Under the pieces are notes generated by a model. It was not told the DNA's origin. It searched no databases and worked only from the letters and a program-made list of their open reading frames with translations. A stretch of DNA of 64,000 nt from an uncultured Clostridia bacterium (lineage in GTDB: Bacteria; Bacillota; Clostridia; TANB77; CAG-508), in assembly GCA_934149075.1 (NCBI GenBank), contig CAKPDR010000001.1, forward strand, positions 84,060 to 148,059, read 5' to 3'. Of this stretch, positions 37,248 to 45,709 are shown one piece after another (the stretch's first letter is position 1; the number at the start of each line of letters is the position of its first letter). A program made the position numbers and the translations under genes.

Positions 37248-39083
37248 TTACTTTTTAATTACAATAGCACCAAAAGACGATAATTGCTTTTTATTACTGC
37301 CTTGAACTTTAAATAATATTTCAGCAATTTTATATTCTTCTGGCAAATCTACTTTGGTAGTTCGATGTGTTCTACTTGCAACCACAAGAATTTTATCATT
37401 TTTATCATATCGTTCAAATACAAACTGTTCATGATCAATTTTTAAAATTCTAATTTCAGCATTTTTTAAGAATTTCTCCCGTTGACGTATTTTTCCTAAT
37501 ACTCTAAAAAATTTTAATAAATCTTTATCTTTATGGGTCCATGGATATGGTGCTCTATTCGCAAGATTTCCAATTCCTGTGATTCCAACTTCATCTCCAT
37601 AAAAAATTGAAAAAATACCTGGTAAAAATGATAATGCAACAGCATATGATTTGTATACCATTTTTCCGTATTTGTATTCTTCTTTGCTTATTTTATGAGA
37701 TTTTATCCATTCTAAACTATCGTTTTGTAAATTCCAAGCCCATTCTCCATATTGTTGAAAGGCATTGCATCCAAGAATTTCGATCACACGTGAAATATCA
37801 TGTGTTGATGTAAAATTCATCAGTGTTTGTATTGTTTCCTCTGGATATTCAGAGATAATCTCTTTTAAAATATTATTTAATTTTCCAGTGTCACAATATT
37901 TATAGTATCTAATTAATGCATCAACTATAAGATAATTCATTACAGAATGCATTCCTTTTCCTGAGCTGATATATCCTCTATTCATTCTCATAGGATTTTT
38001 CCAGACTTCTCCTAAAATAAATCCATCTGGTTTATTACGTTTTACAGCTTTATGAATTTCTTCAATAAAGTTATCTGAAAGTTCATCTGCTACATCAAGA
38101 CGCAATCCGTCAATTCCAAGAGTAAACCACTTGTCAATTACACCATCTTTGCCCAAAATGAAGTTTTTCCATTTTTCAGAGTTTCCATCACATACAGGAA
38201 GATTCGGCATTCCCCACCAATATGAAAATTTTTGTTGTCCACAAATACACTCTCTTTTGTAAAAATTGTAATATTCTGATTCCGTACTTTGACATGCACC
38301 AACAGTATTATATGTTCCATATCTATTAAAATAAACACTATCATCACCTGTATGATTAAATACAGCATCAAGAATAACTTTCATTCCCATTCTATGTGCA
38401 TTATTACACAAGCTTTTTAACATTTCGTTTGTTCCAACATATGGATCAACATTTTCATAATCTGCCGTGTCATATCTGTGGTTTGATTGACTTCTTACAA
38501 TAGGACTAAGGTATAAAATATCAACACCTAACTTTTTGATATATTTCAGTGTTTCTTCTATTCCTTTTAAATCTCCTCCATAAAAGTCAATGTTCCAAAG
38601 TCCGTTTTCATCAGGTCCAAGCATTGGTGACTCATACCAATTTCCATGAAGTATTCTTTTGGGCATTGGTTCTTTTTTCATATCTTTGCCTTTACGATAT
38701 CTATCAACAAAAATATGATACATGGTTGCACCTTTTGCCCATTCTGGAACGTCAAATCCTACTGACATTTTCCAATACTCTTCTTTTGTTAAACTGGTGT
38801 CTCCCGTAATATTTTTCTTTTTATAATATTGAAATCTTCCATTTGCTTCAAAAGAAAAATAATACTGGTACATAGCACTATTTTCAAGTGTTACTGTAGT
38901 TTCAAAACATGCATAATTATCTTCATTTTTTACATGCTTCATCTGAAATGCATCTTTTTTTCCAAATGATAAAACAGAAAATTTTACCCGCTCTATCCAT
39001 CCCATTTCAAATGGAATTTTAATAGAAACTTTAAAAATTGCTCCATCTTTATTTGTTGCAATTTGTGTTATTTGATGTCTCAT
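37248..39083 (-). CDS. GH13 alpha-amylase family enzyme (neopullulanase/cyclomaltodextrinase-like)
   Basis: Conserved regions DAVFNHTG, GLRLDVADE, ILGEVW and FTSTHD. Confidence 0.85.
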   Translation of the reverse strand: MRHQITQIATNKDGAIFKVSIKIPFEMGWIERVKFSVLSFGKKDAFQMKHVKNEDNYACFETTVTLENSAMYQYYFSFEANGRFQYYKKKNITGDTSLTKEEYWKMSVGFDVPEWAKGATMYHIFVDRYRKGKDMKKEPMPKRILHGNWYESPMLGPDENGLWNIDFYGGDLKGIEETLKYIKKLGVDILYLSPIVRSQSNHRYDTADYENVDPYVGTNEMLKSLCNNAHRMGMKVILDAVFNHTGDDSVYFNRYGTYNTVGACQSTESEYYNFYKRECICGQQKFSYWWGMPNLPVCDGNSEKWKNFILGKDGVIDKWFTLGIDGLRLDVADELSDNFIEEIHKAVKRNKPDGFILGEVWKNPMRMNRGYISSGKGMHSVMNYLIVDALIRYYKYCDTGKLNNILKEIISEYPEETIQTLMNFTSTHDISRVIEILGCNAFQQYGEWAWNLQNDSLEWIKSHKISKEEYKYGKMVYKSYAVALSFLPGIFSIFYGDEVGITGIGNLANRAPYPWTHKDKDLLKFFRVLGKIRQREKFLKNAEIRILKIDHEQFVFERYDKNDKILVVASRTHRTTKVDLPEEYKIAEILFKVQGSNKKQLSSFGAIVIKK

Positions 39084-39177
39084 AATGTTCCCCTCTCTAA
39101 TTTTAGAAAAGATTTACTACATTGATTCATTTATAATTTATTATCATTTATTTAATTTGTCAATACTTTTTTCATTT

Positions 39178-39702
39178 TTACTTATTATGTATTTTTTCTA
39201 ATGCTAAGTTGTATTCTTCCATCCCCAAATCTATTGTAGAAATCATCTCTTTATTTTCTTTCATTTCCAAAAACTTATCAATAGTAACCCATCTTGCATC
39301 AACTACTTCTCCATCTTCAAATTTAATGTCTTCAATTGGAGAATCATTTTTAAATAACCATATATCTTTAAAATCTGCATGAAGGCCATCTTTTCTAATT
39401 TCTTTTAAAAATATAGCATCTTCTGCTTTAAAACTCATTCCTATTTCTTCACTTGTTTCTCTCAATATTCCTTGTAAACTCGTCTCACCAGCTTGCGCTC
39501 CTCCTCCTGTTATCTCCCACTTTAATGGTTCTGCTTTCTTTTTCTCTGATCTTTTAGTTATCAATATCTCATTTTTCGAATTCAATATTAATGCGACAAC
39601 AACTAAGTGATATTCTCCCTCTTTAAATTCATATACTCCTCTTTCTGCTAATCTTCCTGTCTTATTTCTATTTTTATCATATATATCCCAAAATTCAACC
39701 AT
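39178..39702 (-). CDS. NUDIX hydrolase
   Basis: Nudix box GGGAQAGETSLQGILRETSEEIG. Confidence 0.85.
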   Translation of the reverse strand: MVEFWDIYDKNRNKTGRLAERGVYEFKEGEYHLVVVALILNSKNEILITKRSEKKKAEPLKWEITGGGAQAGETSLQGILRETSEEIGMSFKAEDAIFLKEIRKDGLHADFKDIWLFKNDSPIEDIKFEDGEVVDARWVTIDKFLEMKENKEMISTIDLGMEEYNLALEKIHNK

Positions 39703-39989
39703 TATGTTCCTCCCTTTTTATAAAAATTTACAATTTTACCTCTTATTTTATATCATATACATCATACTAATTCAACATAAAAATACCAATTTTTTGCATT
39801 TTTGTAATACTTTTGTAACAAAAATGTAACAGAAATGTAATACACTTTTATGTCAAAATATTGTATAATGAATTTGACGAAATATATTGTAAAAAAATAT
39901 TTTTTGCATATTAATTGCATAAAATGCAATTTTTTATTTAATTAGAAAGGTGTTTAAACGCTTTTCTTGTAGCTAAAATGGAGGATACA

Positions 39990-41072
39990 ATGAGCATCGA
40001 ATCTGATTTAAGAAAAGATGGAATTCGAGTAGTTGACATACTTGACACAATGTCTGTAAATCGTATCGCTCATAATATTGCAACAAAGCTTTGCGAAACA
40101 TTTCCAGAACTTTGTTTCAATGAAAGTGATTTATTTACAAAACTTTCTAGATTAGGTATGTATAGAGCCACAATGCCAGATGGTATGGCTGAGGCTAATT
40201 ACTTTTATAAAAACACATCTATATATTTTAATGCCAAAATTGCTTACGAAGATTTAGAAGAATTTGCAATTCATGAATGTATTCACTATATTCAAGAAGT
40301 AAAAGATAAAAAGAACAATCTTGTTAGAATGGGCTTATGTAATTTTGATAATTTTAAAATTGTCGGTATGGGGTTAAATGAGGCTGCCGTTCAATATATT
40401 ACATCAAAAATTATTAATATCGAAAAAGACTATGTTAAATATTTTGGTGTTTCTTTTAGAACAATTAGCCCTTCATATTATCCTTTAGAGTGTAATTTAA
40501 TTGAACAAATGGCTTATATTACGGGCGAAATCGTTTTATATGATAGCACATTTACAAGTAATGATAAATTTAAAAACACTTTTGTCAATTTAACTTCTGA
40601 AAAAACTTATGATGATATAGAATATTATGTTGATCGTATTCTTGAATTAGAAGAAAACATTATAAAATTAAATAATAAGTCTTCTGCTTATGATGAAAGA
40701 AATAAAACAGTTGATAAAATTGTTTCAAAAATTAACGATTCAAAAAATAAAATTGCTGAATATTATGAAAAAGCTCAAAACCTAATTATAAAAAATTATT
40801 TTGATAAATCATTCAAACTAATAAACAATTTAGAAGAACTTGATAATTATAGAAGAAAATTGGATCATTATAGAGAGTTAGTCGGCCGTACTGACAACTA
40901 TACTTTCTTTGATGATTATTATACAGAAAAGATGTCTCAATTAGAACATAAATCAAATATACTTGAAAATGGAGGCATAGAAACCGCTCTTGAATACAAG
41001 AAACCAAGCAAATTTGTCTCTTGGCTAAGAGCAATCAAAAACTTCGTAACAGGAGAAAAAATAAATAATTAA
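39990..41072 (+). CDS. Hypothetical protein with an HExxH motif (possible zinc metallopeptidase-like) and a coiled-coil C-terminal half
   Basis: FAIHECIHYIQ. The likely start is the second ATG (MSIESDL), 6 nt after GGAGGA. Confidence 0.45.
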   Translation: MSIESDLRKDGIRVVDILDTMSVNRIAHNIATKLCETFPELCFNESDLFTKLSRLGMYRATMPDGMAEANYFYKNTSIYFNAKIAYEDLEEFAIHECIHYIQEVKDKKNNLVRMGLCNFDNFKIVGMGLNEAAVQYITSKIINIEKDYVKYFGVSFRTISPSYYPLECNLIEQMAYITGEIVLYDSTFTSNDKFKNTFVNLTSEKTYDDIEYYVDRILELEENIIKLNNKSSAYDERNKTVDKIVSKINDSKNKIAEYYEKAQNLIIKNYFDKSFKLINNLEELDNYRRKLDHYRELVGRTDNYTFFDDYYTEKMSQLEHKSNILENGGIETALEYKKPSKFVSWLRAIKNFVTGEKINN

Positions 41073-41124
41073 CAAATGAAAAATTAAAAATAAACATAAG
41101 ATTTTTTGCAAGATATATATTTTT

Positions 41125-41232
41125 ACAAAAGATAACTATACAGATGATATCACACTAATGATTATTTTACAAATGATGTCATACTAATGATGTTTCAAAA
41201 GATAACCATACAAATGATATCAAACCAATGAT
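41125..41232. repeat. Three degenerate copies of a 24-nt motif TACA(A/G)ATGAT(A/G)TCA(N)AC(T/C)AATGAT. Copies 1 and 3 extend to 37-38 nt.
   Basis: 41125-41162, 41167-41191 and 41195-41232. Each has an internal TGATATCA/TGATGTCA palindrome. The motif lies between convergent genes. Confidence 0.7.
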
Positions 41233-41252
41233 AATTCTATAGATAATTTTAA

Positions 41253-41279
41253 AAGTCGGCTTACAATTTGCCGACTTTA
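41253..41279 (-). terminator. Terminator hairpin overlapping the stop codon of the gltD-like gene
   Basis: AAGTCGGC/GCCGACTT stem, 9-nt loop, T-run on the minus strand. Confidence 0.65.
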
Positions 41280-42539
41280 TTTTTCATCCAAAAATTTTAT
41301 TATTGATTCTGCTGCATCTCTACCAGAACGAGCTGCCCAAGCAACAGTTCCTTTTGCACCTGCAATATCTCCACCCGCAAAAACTTTAGTTTTTGAAGTT
41401 CGATTATTTTCATCAATTTGAATATATCCCCATTTATTTAGTTGCAATCCTAAATCTTTTACAAAATCTTCTGGCTTAGATCCAAGAGCCATTACAACAT
41501 AATCTATATCTATAACATAATTGCTATCAAGTATATTTACCGGAATCTTTCTATCTTCACCATCTTTTTTAATAAGCTCTGTTTTTATTAACTCTATTTG
41601 TTCAACTTTATCTTTTCCCAAAATTTTGACTATATTATTTTGAAACAAAAATTCTATTCCCTCATGTTTAGCTTCTTGTATTTCCTTATTCTCAGCGGGC
41701 ATTTGTTCCTCTGCTCTTCTATATATAACTTTTACCTCTTGTGCTCCAAGTCTTTTTATTGTTCTTGCACAATCCATAGCAACATTTCCGCCACCTATAA
41801 TTGCAACCTTTTTATTTACATAATTAGGATGGTTTTTTTTCTCTAATAATTGATTTCCTCCAAAAACTCCATGTAATTCTTCGCCGTCTACTCCCATTTT
41901 AGCTGTAATATTGGCTCCAAAAGCTAAATATACAGCATCATATTTTTCTTCAAGTTGTTCTAATAATATGTTTTTTCCAAGTTCTTGATTATACTTTATT
42001 TGTAATCCCATATCTATAATTTTTTTAATCGTCTGTTCTACAACCCTTTTTGGAAGTCTAAACTCAGGAATACCATGTACTAAAAGTCCTCCAAGATAAT
42101 TATATTTTTCATATAAAGTCACAGAATATCCATTTTTCAATAAAAATGCTGCAGCCGTAAGACCAGAAGGACCGCCACCAACTATTGCAATTTTTTTATT
42201 TTTTCTTTGACTATTATGTACTTCCGTTGCAATCTTGTAATTTTCTTTTATTGATATATCTCCAATAAAAGCCTCCAAATCGCCAATACTCACAGAATTT
42301 GATTTAATTGCTCTAACGCAAGAGCCTTCACACTGTTTAGTATGTGGACATATTCTTCCACAAATAGCTTCTAACACTGTAGTTTCAGAAAGTATTTCAT
42401 ATGCTTTTTTGTAATCTTCTTCTTTTATCGCTTTTATAAAACCTGGTATATTATTTCCTAATGGACAACCATTCCTTGAGCAAGGCTTAACAGGACAATT
42501 TAAGCAATAATTTGATTTTTCTTCTATTTCTTTTCTCAT
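41277..42539 (-). CDS. NADPH-dependent glutamate synthase small-subunit-like oxidoreductase (GltD/SudA family)
   Basis: N-terminal Cys clusters (CLNCPVKPC.., CGRICPHTKQCEGSC) and two Rossmann GxGxxG motifs (VGGGPSG, IGGGNVAMD). Confidence 0.8.
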   Translation of the reverse strand: MRKEIEEKSNYCLNCPVKPCSRNGCPLGNNIPGFIKAIKEEDYKKAYEILSETTVLEAICGRICPHTKQCEGSCVRAIKSNSVSIGDLEAFIGDISIKENYKIATEVHNSQRKNKKIAIVGGGPSGLTAAAFLLKNGYSVTLYEKYNYLGGLLVHGIPEFRLPKRVVEQTIKKIIDMGLQIKYNQELGKNILLEQLEEKYDAVYLAFGANITAKMGVDGEELHGVFGGNQLLEKKNHPNYVNKKVAIIGGGNVAMDCARTIKRLGAQEVKVIYRRAEEQMPAENKEIQEAKHEGIEFLFQNNIVKILGKDKVEQIELIKTELIKKDGEDRKIPVNILDSNYVIDIDYVVMALGSKPEDFVKDLGLQLNKWGYIQIDENNRTSKTKVFAGGDIAGAKGTVAWAARSGRDAAESIIKFLDEK

Positions 42540-42600
42540 TTATAATCTCCAAATATTTCTTTAAATTATTTTACATTATTATTCTATACTGTTATCCTAA

Positions 42601-43203
42601 TTAAGTCAATGGATTTGACTGGTAGGTTAATTCGACTTGGTTTAGCAATCCAAGTTCATCCATTCTTTCCATAACCAATTTCAAATCCTTAATAAAATCA
42701 ATCTTTTTAGTTTCATCACGCAAAAGAGCTGCAGGGTGCCAAGTGGGCATATATAATATTCCCTTCTTTTCAATCCATTTACCTCTACTAGCAGTAATCC
42801 CATACTCTTTTCCTAAAATATTTTTTAATGCAACACTTCCCAATAAAACAATAATTTTAGGTTTAACAAGAATCACCTGATTTCTTAAATAATTTAAACA
42901 AGCCATAGCCTCATCATCTTGCGGATTTCTATTGGAAGGAGGTCTGCATTTAACTATATTTGCAATATAAACTTTATTTCTATCTAATCCAATGATTTCA
43001 AATGCCATATTCATTAACTTTCCAGCTTTTCCAACAAAAGGTATTCCCTGAATATCCTCGTCTGCTCCAGGTCCCTCACCAATAAACATTAGATCTGTTT
43101 CTTTGCTTCCTACACCAAATACAACATTACTTCTTGTTTGGCACAATTTACACTTTCTACATTGTTTAGCATCTTCTTCTAATTGTTCCCAATTATTGTA
43201 CAT
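42601..43203 (-). CDS. Uracil-DNA glycosylase, family 4
   Basis: CRKCKLC, GEGPGADED and HPAALLR. Confidence 0.85.
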   Translation of the reverse strand: MYNNWEQLEEDAKQCRKCKLCQTRSNVVFGVGSKETDLMFIGEGPGADEDIQGIPFVGKAGKLMNMAFEIIGLDRNKVYIANIVKCRPPSNRNPQDDEAMACLNYLRNQVILVKPKIIVLLGSVALKNILGKEYGITASRGKWIEKKGILYMPTWHPAALLRDETKKIDFIKDLKLVMERMDELGLLNQVELTYQSNPLT

Positions 43204-43215
43204 ATTTTTCTCCTT

Positions 43216-43273
43216 TTACCAGTGGGGACACCCATTAATGGTAAAAATTTTTACCACTGGGGACACCCATTAC
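43216..43273 (+). repeat. REP-like cluster B: 2 forward units directly 3' of the RAYT-like gene and 12 nt upstream of the UDG start
   Basis: TTACCAGTGGGGACACCCATTAATGGTAA (43216-43244) and TTACCACTGGGGACACCCATTAC (43251-43273). Confidence 0.9.
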
Positions 43274-43288
43274 ATAAATAACTAGTTA

Positions 43289-44051
43289 TTATTCCATCTT
43301 TTTTAAAATTTTTGTAATCTTTGGTCTGTTTATGTTCAAAATTTCTGATAATTTTCTTGCAGAAATATTCGAATTTTTTTTTAGTTCTTTGATAACCTCT
43401 TTAAGATACTCTTCATTATTATTCAACATTTCTATAGAAATGTTTTCGTTATGCAAATATTCGCTAATAACTTCAGCAAAGTTAATCTCTTCGTCAATAT
43501 CATTTATATCAACAATCTTTTTATTTAAATGTTGTTTAAGAAAGACTTCTAAATATTCATCTACACCATAAATCAATTTTGCACATTGTGAATCAATTAT
43601 CTCTTTCTTTCCTAGCCATTCACTATAACTTGAATATTCATAATCCCCTGCATTTTGCACTATTCCGGGCTTTTACAGGGTTATTATGTATATAAACTAA
43701 ACAATTATATAATTGTTCTTTTGACAAAATTGGCTGAGTAAAATATCTATTTCTAAATACTACTCCAACTCTTTTATTTATATAATTATAATGCATTGCA
43801 AAATTTGTGTTGACCATTTGCATAACCTTTGTAACTTCATACGGTTCTATAGTATGAAATAATACATGAGCATGATTTCCCATTATACAATATGAAAGTA
43901 TCTTTGCATTACTTTCTTCTATGTATTTTTTTAAAAGATTTTTGTATTTTTTCTTTAGTTCATCTGTCCTGAAAATAAATTCCTTGTTTATTCCCTGGGA
44001 CATTACATGAAGATATTCTGTCTTCATATCTTTTCTTGCTTTTCGGGGCAT
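43289..44051 (-). pseudogene. HUH/Y1 transposase of the IS200/RAYT type with a C-terminal HTH extension, split by a 1-nt frameshift
   Basis: HUH is GNHAHVL and the catalytic Tyr context is LVYIHNNPVKA. ORF1 stops at 43638. In the other frame the sequence continues GIVQNAGDYEYSSYSEW... to an HTH-like ISARKLSEILNINRPKITKIL. The shift maps to the GCCCGG run at about 43665-43670. The likely start is MPRKARK after AGGAGGAG. Confidence 0.75.
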
Positions 44052-44249
44052 AAGGTCTCCTCCTTTTTTATATTTTATTGCCCCCATCACTCTATTTTAT
44101 AGTTTTATCATATTTTCAAAATTTTGTAAACATAATTCTTGTTTTTTATTAATTTTTTTATTATAAGATAACGATTTATTTTAAATTAATACAAAGAAAG
44201 CTCAATCTTATACTGAGCTTTTTATAGATTATTATAATTTATTTTATTC

Positions 44250-44305
44250 AAAGGTTGTCCCTTGTGGTAAAAATTTTTACCATTAATGAGTGTCCCCAAT
44301 GGTAA
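44250..44305 (-). repeat. REP-like cluster C: 2 reverse units
   Basis: AAAGGTTGTCCCTTGTGGTAA (44250-44270) and TTACCATTAATGAGTGTCCCCAATGGTAA (44277-44305). Confidence 0.9.
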
Positions 44306-45077
44306 AAATTCTTAATGCATTTTCATATGTAATTTTCGCAATTTCATCTATTGGCATTTCCTTAAAATTCGCAATTTTTTGAGCAATGAATTTCACATTT
44401 TTCGAATCATTTCTCTTTCCTCTATTAGGTTCTGGAGACAAATATGGACTATCTGTTTCAATTAAAATTCTATCTAGTGGAACCAATTTTACAATATCTG
44501 ACGCATTTTTTGAATTCTTGAAAGTTACAGGACCTGCAAATGATATATAATATCCTAATTCAAGAGCCTGTTTTATCATCTCTTGATTAAATTGACAGCA
44601 GTGGAAGATTCCTGCCTTTTTCACTGTATGTTCTTTTATAACGTTTATCGTATCAACTGAAGCATCCCTAGAGTGTATCACTATTGGTAAGTTTAATTCA
44701 TTTGCTAAATCTATCTGTTTTATAAACGCTTCTGTTTGTAACTCTTTATTTTCCTTGTTCCAATAATAATCTAGACCAATTTCCCCTATTGCAACTAATT
44801 TATTTGTTTTGTTTTCTTTTATAATTTTAGTTATTTTCTCTATATCTTTCCACAGTTCTTGATCAGATTGTGGAATATCATTAGGCGAAATACCACAAAT
44901 TGAATAAATAAATTCATATTTTTGAGATAATTCTATAGCTTTTTGTGATGACTCTATATTATAACCAGCACATACAAATTTTGTTATTCCAGCTTCATAC
45001 GTTTCTTTTATTATTTGTTCTCTATCTTTATCAAATTTTTCGTCATTATAATGTGAATGCGTATCAAAAAGTTCCAT
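44283..45077 (-). CDS. tatD: TatD-family metal-dependent DNase/hydrolase
   Basis: MELFDTHSHY.., ..GEIGLDY.., ..IHSRDA.., ..ETDSPYL. The last 8 codons and the stop lie inside REP unit C2. Confidence 0.9.
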   Translation of the reverse strand: MELFDTHSHYNDEKFDKDREQIIKETYEAGITKFVCAGYNIESSQKAIELSQKYEFIYSICGISPNDIPQSDQELWKDIEKITKIIKENKTNKLVAIGEIGLDYYWNKENKELQTEAFIKQIDLANELNLPIVIHSRDASVDTINVIKEHTVKKAGIFHCCQFNQEMIKQALELGYYISFAGPVTFKNSKNASDIVKLVPLDRILIETDSPYLSPEPNRGKRNDSKNVKFIAQKIANFKEMPIDEIAKITYENALRIFTIGDTH

Positions 45078-45135
45078 ATTTTTATCCTCTTTTCTGTTTT
45101 TAATTTTAATTACATTAAATTCTTACTCTTTTCGC

Positions 45136-45226
45136 AAAGGGTGTCCCCAATGGTAAATTTTTTTACCATTAATGGGTGTCCCCCGTGGTAAACTTTTTTA
45201 CCATTAATGAGTGTCCCTAATGGTAA
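45136..45226 (-). repeat. REP-like cluster D: 3 reverse units
   Basis: 45136-45156, 45163-45191 and 45198-45226 (AAAGGGTGTCCCCAATGGTAA, TTACCATTAATGGGTGTCCCCCGTGGTAA, TTACCATTAATGAGTGTCCCTAATGGTAA). Confidence 0.9.
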
Positions 45227-45584
45227 AAATTGCATTTGCAACTGCATATTCTCTGCAATGAGATATACTTACATCTACGTCCTCAGATTTTATATCATGA
45301 TTTAATATGTTTACATATGGTTTTCCTGTATCATCATTTAAAATTTCTATGTCTTTCCAATTAATGCCATATTTGTCAGGTATCATTACTGAAATTGCTT
45401 TAAATACTGCTTCTTTTGCAGCAAATCTTGCAGCATAATGTTGATATTTTTGTGTCTTTTTACTTTCACAATATTCAATCTCTTTTTCCGTGTACACTCT
45501 CTCGCAAAATTTTCCTTCAGTTTCTTCGATACATTTTTTTACTCTCTCTATTTCAATTATATCTACACCTGTTTTTATCTTCAT
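45204..45584 (-). CDS. acpS: Holo-[acyl-carrier-protein] synthase
   Basis: GVDIIEIERV, FAAKEAVFKA and SISHCREYAVA. The terminal codons and the stop lie inside REP unit D3. Confidence 0.9.
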   Translation of the reverse strand: MKIKTGVDIIEIERVKKCIEETEGKFCERVYTEKEIEYCESKKTQKYQHYAARFAAKEAVFKAISVMIPDKYGINWKDIEILNDDTGKPYVNILNHDIKSEDVDVSISHCREYAVANAIFTIRDTH

Positions 45585-45709
45585 TTTTTACTTCCTTTTA
45601 CTTTTTTACTTATAAATAAAGTTGATATATACAAATATATATATCAACTTCTTTTGTTTTATTTCTTTTATTATTTACGTATGTCTAATTTTTATATTAC
45701 TGAACTCTT

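Larger units (their letters stand above)
43216..44305 (-). mobile_element. Candidate REPtron: a RAYT-like gene bracketed by inverted pairs of REP-like units
   Basis: Two forward units at 43216-43273 and two reverse units at 44250-44305 flank the Y1 transposase gene. Confidence 0.6.
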
